DNA from: Macrostomum lignano | Lineage: Eukaryota | NCBI GenBank assembly: GCA_002269645.1 | Contig: NIVC01001992.1 | Span: 151,217-215,216 of the forward strand | DNA length: 64,000 nt | Reading direction: 5' to 3' | In this document: one piece after another, positions 34,180-46,964 of the stretch | Layout of the letters: each line of letters begins with the position of its first letter | Numbering within the stretch: the stretch's first letter is position 1 | The notes under the pieces: generated by a model | What the model was told of the DNA's origin: nothing | What the model saw: the letters and a program-made list of their open reading frames with translations, nothing else | Databases searched by the model: none | Program-made: the position numbers and the translations under genes

Positions 34180-35115
34180 TTGTGAATGCTCTAGATTATG
34201 AATGCTCTAGATTGTGAATGCTCTAGATTGTGAATGCTCTAGATTGTGAATGCTCTAGATTGTGAATGCTCTAGATTGTGAATGCTCTAGATTGTGAATG
34301 CTCTAGATTGTGAATGCTCTAGATTGTGAATGCTCTAGATTGTGAATGCTCTAGATTGTGAATGCTCTAGATTGTGAATGCTCTAGATTGTGAATGCTCT
34401 AGATTGTGAATGCTCTAGATTGTGAATGCTCTAGATTGTGAATGCTCTAGATTGTGAATGCTCTAGATTGTGAAGGCTCTAGACTGTGAATGCTCTAGAT
34501 TATGAATGCTCTAGATTGTGAATGCTCTAGATTGTGAATGCTCTAGATTGTGAATGCTCTAGACTGTGAATGCTCTAGATTGTGAATGCTCTAGATTGTG
34601 AAGGCTCTAGACTGTGAATGCTCTAGATTATGAATGCTCTAGATTGTGAATGCTCTAGATTGTGAATGCTCTAGATTGTGAATGCTCTAGACTGTGAATG
34701 CTCTAGATTGTGAATGCTCTAGATTGTGAAGGTTCTAGACTGTGAAGGCTCTAGATTATGAATGCTTTAGATTGGGAATGCTCTAGATTGTGAATGCTCT
34801 AGATTGTGAATGCTCTAGATTGTGAATGCTCTAGATTGTGAATGCTCTAGATTGTGAATGCTCTAGATTGTGAAGGCTCTAGATTATGAATGCTCTAGAT
34901 TGTGAATGCTCTAGATTGTGAATGCTCTAGATTGTGAATGCTCTAGATTGTGAATGCTCTAGATTGTGAAGGCTCTAGACTGTGAATGCTCTAGATTGTG
35001 AATGCTCTAGATTGTGAATGCTCTAGATTGTGAATGCTCTAGATTGTGAATGCTCTAGATTGTGAATGCTCAAGATTGTGAATGCTCAAGATTGTGAATG
35101 CTCTAGATTGTGAAG
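34180..35115. repeat. 16-bp satellite (GATTGTGAATGCTCTA)
   Basis: Period 16, ~58 copies. Confidence 0.95.
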
Positions 35116-35513
35116 GTTCTGGACCCACCACCCGACTGCCGCACCCCAAGGAGAGCATTCACCCATAATTGACACCCATGGTAAACGAGGTGTTGATAAA
35201 AAAGAACTTGTTTCTATTTGCACACTGAGCTAAGCTGCCGGCCAGAATTTTCAAACGCAAACTCCGGTCTGCTAGAATTCTATAGAAATCCTTGGCCTGT
35301 GTTTACGACACCAGTAGCTCCTCTCTCTCCGGGATCAGGGGCGCCCGCATCTGTTGCGGTGCTAATTTGAAACGGAAGAGACTCGACAGGTAAATAACTA
35401 GTCCCAGTTGATGCTGGCAGAACAGCTTGAGGGAATAAATAATATCCGTGAGAACTAGACTGCAATAGAGGGAAAACAACAATGCTTATCGCAAAGGCCA
35501 AAGACTACTCAAG

Positions 35514-36479
35514 TAGGGCGGTAAAGTACGTTTCTGGGAAATTTTTAGGAGGCCGGTTTTATTGCAAAAATACATTGAGGAAGTTGGAGGTTTTCATTTT
35601 TTCAACACAAAAATTTTTATTGCTATTGATAGGAGGCAGGCCTAGTGTTTATCTTTTGATATGACTTGCCTTTCTTAATGGCACAGCTCGACTCATTCTC
35701 TACTCACATTTCACAACACGAAATAAGAAAATATAGGCGGAAGCAGTCACGGGCGATCCAGAAGTCTCGGATTGGGGCGTGCGTCAGGGAAGGTTGCAAA
35801 AGAGGGGGGACGAGAGGGCAGTTAGCGGGTGCTTATTGGGGAGATCCTGAGGATCTAGTAGTATTTAGGGGAAATTAGCCGGTCCTAGGGGGGATCGCCA
35901 GTCTGGGTATTGAGTTTCCCGAGGAAGGTTCGGTCTCGCTGGAAAAAAGAAGAACCAAAGGACGGAAACAGTACATCGAGAACAGGTCCCGAACCAGGGG
36001 AGCTCGAGGAGAAAAAGTGAAGAAGAGCAACAATGAACCGCTGACGCTCAGGGCTCAAAACGGGCTCCTATTTATAGCCCTGAGATCACGCGTCACGCGT
36101 GGTGCGTGATATTGAAGGCCGGGACCTGTCCTTGACCTCCGTTATCAAGCAACCCTATAATGACGTCACATGCCAGTCGCACTGTGATTGGACGAGAAAT
36201 TGAGGTGCGTCACAGCGGAGAAAATGATTTATGATGGGGGATTACGTAACAGGCGGGAAAAAGCTTGGGGAGATAGGGGGTCATAAAACTATCACCGCGC
36301 ATGAATGATTTCGAACAATAGAAAGGAGGTGGGCTTGGTGCCCGGGGGGAGTGGGATGGATGATAAGCATGAGTCATTGTGATGACTCATCCCAATAAGT
36401 CATCACTGGGACGCAGGGATCACAGGGGAGTAAGGGAGGGTGCGCAAAAATTAGTGGGGAGACTCAGGACGTGCCTACA
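35514..36479 (-). mobile_element. Probable solo LTR (~966 bp) with a complete Pol II promoter
   Basis: 5-bp direct repeat TCAAG at 35509-35513 and 36480-36484; minus strand begins TGTAGG and ends TA (one change from CA). In minus order: paired AP-1 sites 36369-36390, CCAAT 36186-36191, CRE TGACGTCA 36161-36168, TATAAATAG ~36076-36068, AATAAA ~35563-35558. Confidence 0.55.
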
Positions 36480-37228
36480 TCAAGTACTCCTATTAACATC
36501 AATAATTGAAACCAATATTTTACCACAAGGCTACTCTTAACAATTCGAACTTGTGGTCACACCACATGCACATCAAAGCCATCAAAAAGAATTCTCAAAG
36601 AAGCGGAGTACGTGGCCAATTGTTTAGCTCATAAAGCAAATTATTCATGTTTATTGCGTCAAACTCAGCTGTGTTCGATGACCATCTAAAATGTATTTTC
36701 TAGCCATTCAAATTGGCTAGCCGCTTCTGAGTTGTGCTCAAAATGTTCAGCACAGGAGACTGGAGATTTCGGACAGGCAGCCTGGTTGGAACATCAGTGT
36801 GGAGACTGTCTGACACCTCCGGCTGATTGAGTGCGTCAGCAAAGGAATGGAGTAAGTCGGCTACTTAGCACAGTATAAAATAGGTTAGGGGGGGGGGGCT
36901 AGGTGCATCGCGATAGGCATGGCGGACAGCGGATATGACAGAGTAGGTCATTATTTTACACCTGAATGGCCGACTGAAGATTGCTAGCAAAATACTGGGG
37001 AGTAAAGCGGGGGATCTAGGGTAACCAGGTTATCTACTATACTAATATTTTAATGAGTGAATAATTATTGTCATACTTCTACTGGTTAACGGTTTAATTA
37101 AGCAAATTCGTTTGTATCCTAATCATTACTAAAATATAGCGAGGATTAATCGAAAATATGAAAAGATAGAAGAGTATATATGTATACATATGGCTAGATA
37201 AAATATGCATTTTTAAGCTAACAGAGGC

Positions 37229-37500
37229 CGCTGGGAAAAATTGCAGTGATAACAGGCTGATGATGACAAGTTGACGACAAGTTGACAAGTCACCCTGTCG
37301 TCGCCATTGGCAGTCGACCAATCAGAGGCCGATAGAAAGCAGGCAGCGAAGCGGATTTGGAAGCCCGCATTTGCACGATACTACTGAGTTGAACAAATCA
37401 AACTTATTTTAGTAAATCAATAGTAAATCGACAAGGCTGTCGTCTCTAGCCTGTAGTTGCTTGTCGTCAGAGTGTCGTCGCTGCAAAATTTTTCCCAGCG
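37229..37500. mobile_element. MITE-like element, ~272 bp
   Basis: Terminal inverted repeats CGCTGGGAAAAATT at both ends with gacgacaag subterminal motifs; no TSD found. Confidence 0.55.
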
Positions 37501-38590
37501 TTTAGGCTTCAATAATATCACAACTTGAGACTTTAAAAACTGTCGTCAATTTTAACAAAAAATTCCCACTGGCTGCAAAATTGAAAAGAAAAAAGGCAGC
37601 ACAGCTATTATATGGAAATATTTGCGAATTATGCTTTCAACTAAGCAAACAAGATCGGAAAACAACAGAAGCAGACTAAAGCGCAGAGAGGACTCGATTG
37701 TGTGCGAAAGGTGACCCCAGAGCAGGAAACACTGGAGGCCAGGGAAGTGAAAAAACTCGCAATCTTGGGTTCGATTTAAAGCTAAAAATAATTTTTTCAA
37801 AACTGACACAAGTGTCATCTGAGAATAAGCACAAGCTCAGGATTTCTGCAGCTGAAAAGTTAAAGAAATAATTGTTTGTTCGTTGATTTGCGACTTTTTA
37901 AAAAAAGAAGTCCAGCTCTTTTTGTACTTCCCCGCGGCAGAAATACTGAAATTCTGATAGTTTTCCCATGAAACTCGTGCCAGTTGTGAGGAACTATTTT
38001 ATTCAACTTCTTGATAATTCCGAATTTCCGCCTGGGTCACCAAGTTTTGGTGACTGTTACATCCTTGTCTTCAGTGCTCCCTGCACGGGGAGAGCTCGTA
38101 TATGAAAAGACAATTGTCTAAAAAGGAACGCTTTTTTTGCTTGTAAAAGTGAGCCACGGTGTAGAAGGTTAGTAATAATATATCAGTAGTAGAAAAACAC
38201 AGTTAAGAAAGCTTTCTTACTGTTAACTTGCATAGGATATTTGCACGTGCATATGCAATAATGCTACTAAAAGTACTATTATGCCTTTGAATGCGCCAAA
38301 GAGTCCAGCATAGCGTGTTTGGCGCAGCCGAACTGCCTACGGGGGAGATTAGACAGGAGAATGGAAAAGGGATGTGCCAGATAGCGAACTAGGAATTAAG
38401 GGGGATTTCAATGGCTTAGGCTGGGATTCTGGGAAACGCAGCGGAGGGGAGAGTAGGGGGGGGAGAAAATTTTGAGTACAGTTGGGTGAGCCGGAGACGG
38501 TGGAGAGAGAGAGAGAGAGCAAACAGTCTTGAAAGCTGCACCATTGTGGAGTGAAAAGTCAACTGCATGGGGCTAAGCCACCCCCCCCCC

Positions 38591-41500
38591 CTAGCACAGG
38601 TCGCCTTCATCGCTGTCCTCGTCTGGCTCGTCCGGCCCAGACGTTGGCGGAGATTCGTCGGAGTCGCGGGCGACCTCCTCGGGCGTTTGTTTCTCTGCCT
38701 CTTCCGTTGCATCGTCGTCCTCCCCGGCCACCGCTGATTGCTCGGCATCGACAGGTACCGCCGCTGGCTCATCTGGCACCGCCTCAGAGACCAAACCAGC
38801 CGCTTCATCTGTGGCCACCTGGCCTGGCTCATCTTGCTCTTCCTGCGGCGGCTGCGGCTGCTGCTCGATCTGGGGTGATTGCACTTTTGCTGGAGCCTCG
38901 GCAGGCGCTTGCGACTTTTTAGCCTCCGCTCCGCTGCCGCCGCTGCCCAGACCAATGTCCAGTCCGAGTAGGTCGTTCAGGTTGAAGGACTGCGGCTGCT
39001 GCGGTTGCTGCTGCACGCTGGGCGCCGGCGCCGCCGCCTCCTCCGCCATGGCCGCCAGAGGGTCGAAAATGCCGCCATCGGAGGCCTCAGCCGCCTGGTC
39101 GACTGCCGAACCAGCGGACGGCCTGGGACCGCTGGACAGATCGACGAATGCTGACAGCAGCGACGCCCCAGCTGGTGGAGCCGCCTCGCCGGTTTCCGCG
39201 GCTGCTGCTGCCGCTGCATCCTCCTTCTCATCATGAGACGCCGCTGCTGCTTCCGCCCTGTCTTGTCCTCCAGCCTCCGCCTCCGCCTCGTCGTCCGAGT
39301 CTTTCATCGGTGGCACATCGTCCAGGATGCTCTTCAGTGCGGCGTCCTTTCTCTCGCCCAGAACGTACTGGATGCCCCAGTTGTAGCTGTACTTGGCAAT
39401 GTATTTCACAAACTTGCCGGGCGTCTCTGTGTGCTCAACTCCGATGCTTCGAATGGTGCAACCGGACACCGTGCTGCCCGGCATAGTGAACTCCACGTGT
39501 AGCGAGTCGTTCAGAGTCTCCCAGGCGGGCACCGTGTCGTGCGGGCCGAGTTGCAGTTTACAGGTGAACAGGTGACTCTTGTAGGCGCCTGTGCGTTGTT
39601 GGGTTGAAGAGATTGCGGGTCGGATTGCTACATGCTCAACTGTATGGATTCTTTGTGGATTTGCAAAACAGCCTATCGAATGGGAAATAATAGGCCAAGC
39701 CGACAGCTTTAAGTTAAAGCAAAGCCAGTCATGAAATTAATATTTTCTTTTGACCTACGACACTGTTCGCCCATCAAAAGCATAGGAACGTAGAGACGAT
39801 CCCCGGCAACTACAATACCGTAGGGCGAGTACGTGTATTTGAATTGCTATAAGAGCACAATATGCTCTGGACATAAGTGCGGCAATGCGTGTATCGCTTG
39901 GACTAATGTACTGTTCATTCCATATGTCCGGTTTGGTTGGTTTCTTGAAGTAATTACGTGCTCTGAAGATGTCAGTTTGACGCGTTGGCTATAATAATAA
40001 TCTGCGCTAATAATCCCTCCCCCCAATTACCGTGATGCTTCTCGGGAAGACGGCCGATGCGCCAGACGATGGCTCGGTAGAGGTGCTCGTACTTGGCCAC
40101 GCCGGTGTCGGCCTCCATGATCGAGGGCGGGAAGAAGCCCTGCGCCATCTGGGTGATGCGCTCAATGCCCTTGATTCGGCCTGGCCGGCGCAGCGTGGAG
40201 TGCACGGAGTTGTATTTGAATTTGCCCTCCTGTCGGAAGAAATACACCCAGTCCTCCGGCAGTGGGATGCGGATCTCGATGTCTTCGGCAGGCACCTCGT
40301 GGCACCGGGTGTGACTGCTGAAGAAGCCCGGCACTACGACATCGCAGCGGATGTCTACGCGGTCCTTGTTTATGTTGAAGACGCATTTCAACTGCACTGG
40401 CAGCTCCTGGTTGGCCTTGAGCGGCACGCGGAACCGCATCAGCTCAAAGCGGCACGCGTCCAACGGGTAGAAGCAGATCGTGTGCGACTGCTCGTAGCGC
40501 TGCATGTCCACCACGGCGTGGAACTCCGGCTCGTACATCTCGATCCAGTCGTCGTGCATGATTGGGATGATGTCCTGCCGTTTCACCACCTCGTTGCCGT
40601 AGCGCCACTTGTCATTGAGACCCAGCTCGACGAATGGCATGCCAGCAACGAAGGCCATGAAGAAGACTCTAGTGCGCGACTTCTGGTGCAGCGTATGGCC
40701 CTCCTTGTCCACCAGGGCCTCGAACTCGTCCTGCACGTAGCCGCAGCACTCCTCCTTGCTGTAGTCTGTGGGCGCCTTGTTCCTGTCGCGGCCTACCGAA
40801 ATTTTCATCATCTCGTCCTCGATGGCCCACATCAGCGACCGGATGGTGTACTGGTCCATGCTGCCAAACTTGACGATCTCGGTTCGAACCGGCATGTGGT
40901 CGAACACGTCTGCAGTCTTGGGCTTGCTGATCATGGTCTGGATGGTCTTCAGCGACCACTTCTCGGTGCGCACGCCGACGATCTCCTTGTAGGTGAGCAT
41001 GTTCACCTGAGAATGGCGTGTGGCAAATTCGAGGTATTTAACAGCTGAGCAACTCTCATTGAGCCTTGCCGTCTAAGCAAATATTGCAAGGGAGTCTCAC
41101 AGCCAGCAGTGAAACTGTGAGGCTTTGAGGCTGTGGCTGTACATGTGTACAGTGCGCATCATACTTTTACTTACCTTGAAAATGTGCAGCTTGCCGTATT
41201 TGTCGTACTGCTGCAGCTTGTCCCGGCTCAGCTGATGGCGTGGCTCGAGCCGGACCGTCCTGTAGGGCGTGCTCGGATCCTCCTGGTTGAACAACCTCAG
41301 GGTTGGCCTGTCCTGCTCCCACGCAATGCGCACGTGAATCTCCTTCCACCATCGGTCGGAGGTGAACTTGCTGATCTGCTTGCTCATCTTCTTCTTCTTC
41401 TCTGGCATTCGCACCATTACCCGCCAGCCGTCCTCCTCGTAGCGCGGGTGGAACGGCTCGAATGGCGCCATGGGCGGCGTCGGGCTGCGCAGCCGCTTGC

Positions 41501-42983
41501 GGGCCTCCATCGCTACGTCTGTCACCGCCATCGGCGTTGGCGCGTTCGGCCGCTCCCAATTTACCTCGAAGGCGAGGTCGTCGCCGAAGCCTTCGCCGCC
41601 AGCGGCCTGAGCGCCGTCTCCAGCGTCGCCCCAGACATTGCCCTCGTCGCCGGCCGTTTCCCCGGTGCCCACTTCCCGGCCTTTGAGCTGCGGCGACTTG
41701 GCCTGCGACTCGTCGATGTCGAATGGATTGAAGCGACCTTGCAGTTCGATTTTTGGCGGAGCGGACAGCACCGGCACCGGGGCGGACTCCAGCGGCTTTT
41801 CCAGCACCGTGGTCTTCGTCCGGATGCGCACCTTTAGCCGGTCCTCCTCTTCTTCGTCGCTACTGTCGCTGTCATCTTGCGGATAAATTGTGCCCAGCGG
41901 GTTGAACGACTTCGGCTTCGTTTCTGCAGCCTCGGCCGGCGCTGCCGCGTCCTCCTCGGGTGCCTCGCCCTCCGCCTCGTTCCGCTCGGCCCCGTCCTCG
42001 TTGGAGCCGCGGCTATCATCCTTGCGGAACGGGTTGTTGCCGGACAGCGTGTCCTGCTGGGCCACCGGGGCGACGGCCTTCGGCCTCGGGCGCTCTCGGG
42101 CCACGGTTGAGCCGCCGGCCAGACTCTCCTCCATCAGGGCCTCCCTGGCCGCGGCTTCCTTCATCTCCTCCGTCACCGTGAATTCGTCGTTGTCGAACAA
42201 GTCAGCTCCGCCGTCGCCATCGTCTGCTGGAGCGGCGGCGGCAGCCCCGAAAGCTGCGCCGAAAGCGTCAGTGGAGGCCAGCTGCGGCGCAGCCTCCCAC
42301 TCGTCTGCCTTTGGCTGCTCATCAGCTGATTGCTTGTCTTCCCTGAGAAAGTCGTCCACAATGCTCTCCGGGCCTTTGTACTCGGCCTCGCTCGCGGCCG
42401 TCGCTGCCGTCGCCACCTCGGCGAGGTCGTCCCCGCCGGTCGTCGTGCTGATGGCCTCCCGGCTGTTGGAGGGCAGCAGCTGTCCCGTGCGCGGCTCGCC
42501 GAGGTCGGCCTCATCAAAGTCCTCGGCGTCGAAATTTCGCCAAACCTTCCGCTTCTCCTCCTCGGCCTTCTTCACCTCGGATGGCAGCGGCGGCAGCTTG
42601 AAGCGGGCTGCCTCGGCCTCCTCGTCCTGCTGCTTCCGCTGCGCGTAGGCGGAGCTCATCTTCTGCGTTGTGGCCTGCGTAGCGCTGGAGATACGCACTC
42701 GGAACTGCTCGAACTCCTTCCACTCGTCGCTCTCCGTCTTCTCGAAGTGATCGAACGGGTTCACGGTGTTCATGATCCGGTCCATCTCCTCTTGCTCGCG
42801 CTTCTCCCTTCGCACCCGCTTGCTCTCGCCTTTCAGCACCTGTTTGATCGCCTTCTTCGGGTTGGGCAGCTTCGGAAACTTGCTGAAGTGTGACTTGAAC
42901 GGGAACTGCACGTTCTGGCTGGGCAGCTCCGCTTCTTCTGAAATGAAGGAGTTGAGCAGCGCTCCCGTTTTTCTACTTTTCAT
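38591..42983 (-). CDS. stnB: Stonin (stoned-B/STON2/UNC-41-like) endocytic adaptor; exons 42983 (or 42988)-41175, 41006-40031, 39588-38591
   Basis: Stonin-homology domain (DGWRVMVRMPEKKK...RWWKEIHVRI...QQYDKYGKLHIFK) and mu-homology domain (RVFFMAFVAGMP..ELGLND, RQDIIP, AKYEHLYRAIVWR, GAYKSH, VEFTMP, KFVKYIAKYSY). NPF x3 and WxxF-acidic motifs lie N-terminally. GT-AG introns 41174-41007 (phase 0) and 40030-39589 (phase 1) restore the frame. Confidence 0.92.
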
Positions 42984-43699
42984 CAAACCTTTCAGGAGAT
43001 GCTCGAACTACTCAATGGGACAGGGCCGGCAGTGACCCCGTGATCCTGGCTGTGTCAGCTCTAGTCCTCATCTAGCCCCCGTTGATTCTGCAAGCGAGTA
43101 CTCCATAGCGTCTCTCAGGCAGTTTCCGCTGGCCGTCGAGTCACCCACCCCCCTTTTGGTAGCAGCGAATTAGGCAAGGACAGGATGAGGGGGTGGCGAT
43201 CTCCTTTCCCCGCCTATTGCCGCCTCATCGCGGTGCTAAGTCAGCGTCATCTTCGCCCTCCTCGCCCCCTTCCCAGTTCTTCTCCCTCGGTCTCGCCGAA
43301 TTCCGATCAATGAATGCCCGAGCTCTCTGCTTCAACTTCTTTCTTCGCCGCCTCTCTGAGCAATCGATTTAGCTGGGCAGTTTGCGGGAATTTTATGCCA
43401 GGCTGCGAGGGGCGCGAGCGCATGGGAACAGAGCTCAGTCTCTCTCTTCTCTCTCCCCCCTCAGTTTCTCCAGACTTTTGACCAGCAACTGCCCGCCACA
43501 GTACTCTCCTATAAAGTCAGAGAAACTTTAACTGAAGAGCGAGGCCACGATAAAGGATGTTTATTATAAAGCACGGCTCAACTCGGGCAAGGAGGTTGGT
43601 TGGGAAAGTCAATAGACAAGCTCGGTTAAGAAAGACTCAAATTTCTCTAGTTGGAGTGGCGTGGAGGTGTGTCAGGTCACATTGTCTCCGTGAGAGGAC

Positions 43700-44622
43700 T
43701 GACGGAGTGACATAGTGACGGAGTGACATAGTGACGGAGTGACATAGTGACGGAGTGACATAGTGACGGAGTGACATAGTGACGGAGTGACATAGTGACG
43801 GAGTGACATAGTGACGGAGTGACATAGTGACGGAGTGACATAGTGACGGAGTGACATAGTGACGGAGTGACATAGTGACGGAGTGACATAGTGACGGAGT
43901 GACATAGTGACGGAGTGACATAGTGACGGAGTGACATAGTGACGGAGTGACATAGTGACGGAGTGACATAGTGACGGAGTGACATAGTGACGGAGTGACA
44001 TAGTGACGGAGTGACATAGTGACGGAGTGACATAGTGACGGAGTGACATAGTGACGGAGTGACATAGTGACGGAGTGACATAGTGACGGAGTGACATAGT
44101 GACGGAGTGACATAGTGACGGAGTGACATAGTGACGGAGTGACATAGTGACGGAGTGACATAGTGACGGAGTGACATAGTGACGGAGTGACACAGTGACG
44201 GAGTGAGATAGTGACGGAGTGACATAGTGACGGAGTGACATAGTGACGGAGTGACATAGTGACGGAGTGACATAGTGACGGAGTGACATAGTGACGGAGT
44301 GACATAGTGACGGAGTGACATAGTGACGGAGTGACATAGGGACGGAGTGACATAGTGACGGAGTGACATAGTGACGGAGTGACATAGTGACGGAGTGACA
44401 TAGTGACGGAGTGACATAGTGACGGAGTGACATAGTGACGGAGTGACATAGTGACGGAGTGACATAGTGACGGAGTGACATAGTGACGGAGTGACATAGT
44501 GACGGAGTGACATAGTGACGGAGTGACATAGTGACGGAGTGACATAGTGACGGAGTGACATAGTGACGGAGTGACATAGTGACGGAGTGACATAGTGACG
44601 GAGTGACATAGTGACGGAGTGA
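43700..44622. repeat. 16-bp intronic satellite (GTGACGGAGTGACATA)
   Basis: Near-perfect tandem array; gives the false HSVTMSLRHYVTPSLC tail of the 1095-aa ORF. Confidence 0.95.
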
Positions 44623-44647
44623 CCGGGTTCACTCTCGATAAACTTAC

Positions 44648-46964
44648 CTGACTTGCTTTTCGAGCCCGTCGGTGGCGGCGGCCTGGCAGGCGGCGCCCCG
44701 GCCCCAGGCGGAGGTGGCCTCGGCGGCGCCCCTGCGCCGGAGCCAGGTGGTGGCGGCCTGGCCGGAGGAGCGGCCCGCTGAGAGCCCGACTCGCCCTGGT
44801 AGGTCGTGTCCGAGTAGCCGTACTCGCCGTAGTAGCCGCCTGCCTGGGCCTCGCCGTACTGATACTGATACTGCTGGTCGCCGTTCTGATTGTAGCCATC
44901 GCCATACTGATAGCCCTCACCGTACTGATAGCCCTCGCCGTATTGGTAGCCTTCGCCGTATGGGTAGCCCTCGCCGTAGCCATACTGACTTTCGTAGCCT
45001 TGACCTGAGTAGTAGCTCGCGTCGTACTGGTACTGATCCTGTGAGTACTCCTGACCTTCAGCTGGGTAGCCTTCCTGACCTTCAGCCGGGTAGCCTTCCT
45101 GACCTTCAGCCGGGTAGCCTTCCTGACCTTCAGCCGGGTAGCCTTCCTGACCTTCAGCCGGGTAGCCTTCCTGACCTTCAGCCGGGTAGCCTTCCTGACC
45201 TTCAGCCAGGTAGCCTTCCTGACCTTCACCCGGGTAGCCTTCCTGACCTTCAGTCGGGTGGTAGCCTTCCAGACCTTCAACCGGGTAGACTTCCTGACCT
45301 TCAGTCGGATAGCCTTCCTGACCTTCAGTCGGGTGGTAGCCTTCCAGACCTTCAGTCGGGTGGTAGCCTTCCAGACCTTCAGTCGGGTAGCCTTCCTGAC
45401 CTTCAGTCGGGTGGTAGCCTTCCAGACCTTCAGTCGGGTAGCCTTCCAGACCTTCAGTCGGGTGGTAGCCTTCCAGACCTTCAGTCGGGTAGCCTTCCTG
45501 ACCTTCAGCCGGGTAGCTTTCATAGCCTTCATACCCGTAGCCGTACTGCTGCTGCCCCTCAGTGGGGTAGCCTTCATAGCCCTCATAGCCGGCATACTCC
45601 TGCTGCTGGCCCTCAGTCTGGTAGTCCGCATACTGCTGCTGATAATCTGTTGAGTAGCCCTCGTAGTGGTCGTCCGAATACGCCGCCGACTCAATGGGGT
45701 GCTGCTCTTCATTCTGCTTGTCTAGCATCTCCGGCGGCACGGGCGTCGTCGCCGACGGATAGGAAAAGTCGTAGCCCAGCGAATTGCCCGACGCCATCGC
45801 TGCGGCCACCTCGGCGGCCGCGGGGTCCGAGTCCTGCACGTAACACTCCTCTGGGATCACCTCCCGCAGCTCGCCGTAGCTGCCGTGCACAGACACCATG
45901 ATCTCCGGCCGCGGCAGGTCCTCGCACTCTGTGACGCTCAGCGCCACTCCGCAAGCATTTTGTACTTCCTCGTCGAACACCGCCGTCTCCGTTGGCACCG
46001 CGGCCAGCTGCCGGAGCTCCTCTTTGTCCTCCTCCTCCTCCTTGGCGGGCGCGTCTCCTTCTAGCGAGTCGCCCAGTGACGACTTTGCGAAGAACTCCTG
46101 GATGGCTTCGCTGTCCCTGTCGCCACCGCCGCTGCCACCAACTTCGACTGGGGCAGCCGTCGCGCCCTCCCAGTCGTCTTCGTTGTCGACCCGGTCCAGG
46201 TTGAACTGCTCGCTGATGTCCCGCACCAGCTCGGTGAGCTCGGTGGACACCTGGCCAGGCTGGGCCGCTGAGGCCAGGCCAGGCGCTGCCTCGGTCTCCG
46301 CCGGCCCCCGAGCCGCCCTGATCACCTCGACGTCGATCTCCGAGTTGCGTCGACTCGAGCCGCGCGAACTGCCCGTTGAGTATTTGCGGCTAATGTTGCG
46401 CGAGCTGTACCGATCGCGCGACATCGACCGGGTCCGGCTGCCGGCCTTCTGGGAGAATCGCCGATCCCGGTCGGGCATGACGACGTCCTTCTCAGTGTAC
46501 TCCAGAGACAGCGTGCTGGACTTGAAGGCCTCCTCGCTCTGCACGTAGGGCGAGCCGTAGTCGTCTGCGGCCATGTAGTTGTAGTAGACCCCCTCTACGT
46601 TGCCTTCGTGTGCGTAGGTCTGGCCGTACTCGAACTCAGTCGCATCGTACTCGGCAGCGGATGGCGAGTCGCCAGACCGTCTGGGCCCCGGCTGGCTGCT
46701 GGCCGACCGTTGCTGCCTGTAGGAGGCCACCGGCTCGTCCCGGCGGGCGGTTCGCTGCCCCCGAGACGGAGCTGGCGGAGGAGGCGCCCGTCTGGACGAC
46801 GCCGACGCTGCTGAGGTTGACGCTCCGCCAGACTGGTGTCGCTGCGGAGCCGGTGGTGTCTGCGCCAGCGGCTGCTGCTGCTGCGGCTCCTCCCTCTGCT
46901 TCTTGCCGCCGCTGCTGCTCTTCTTCCGGCCGAACGGCAGGCTGCTGAAAAATCCTTTGTTCAT
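44648..46964 (-). CDS. Large acidic, Tyr- and Pro-rich coding exon upstream of stonin (stonin N-terminus or separate cistron)
   Basis: 772 open codons from ATG 46964 to a perfect donor CAG|GTAAGT at 44648/44647; contains EGYPAEGQ/EGYHPTEGL repeats, YGEGYQ repeats and three PPxRPPPP-type motifs. Confidence 0.75.

Noticed and set aside
43637-44647. HSVTMSLRHYVTPSLC C-terminus of the 1095-aa ORF and overlapping ORFs
   Set aside because: Lies after a perfect splice donor and consists of a 16-bp intronic satellite.
38811-46948. Many plus-strand ORFs overlapping the stonin locus
   Set aside because: Antisense shadows of GC-rich coding sequence with no independent motifs.
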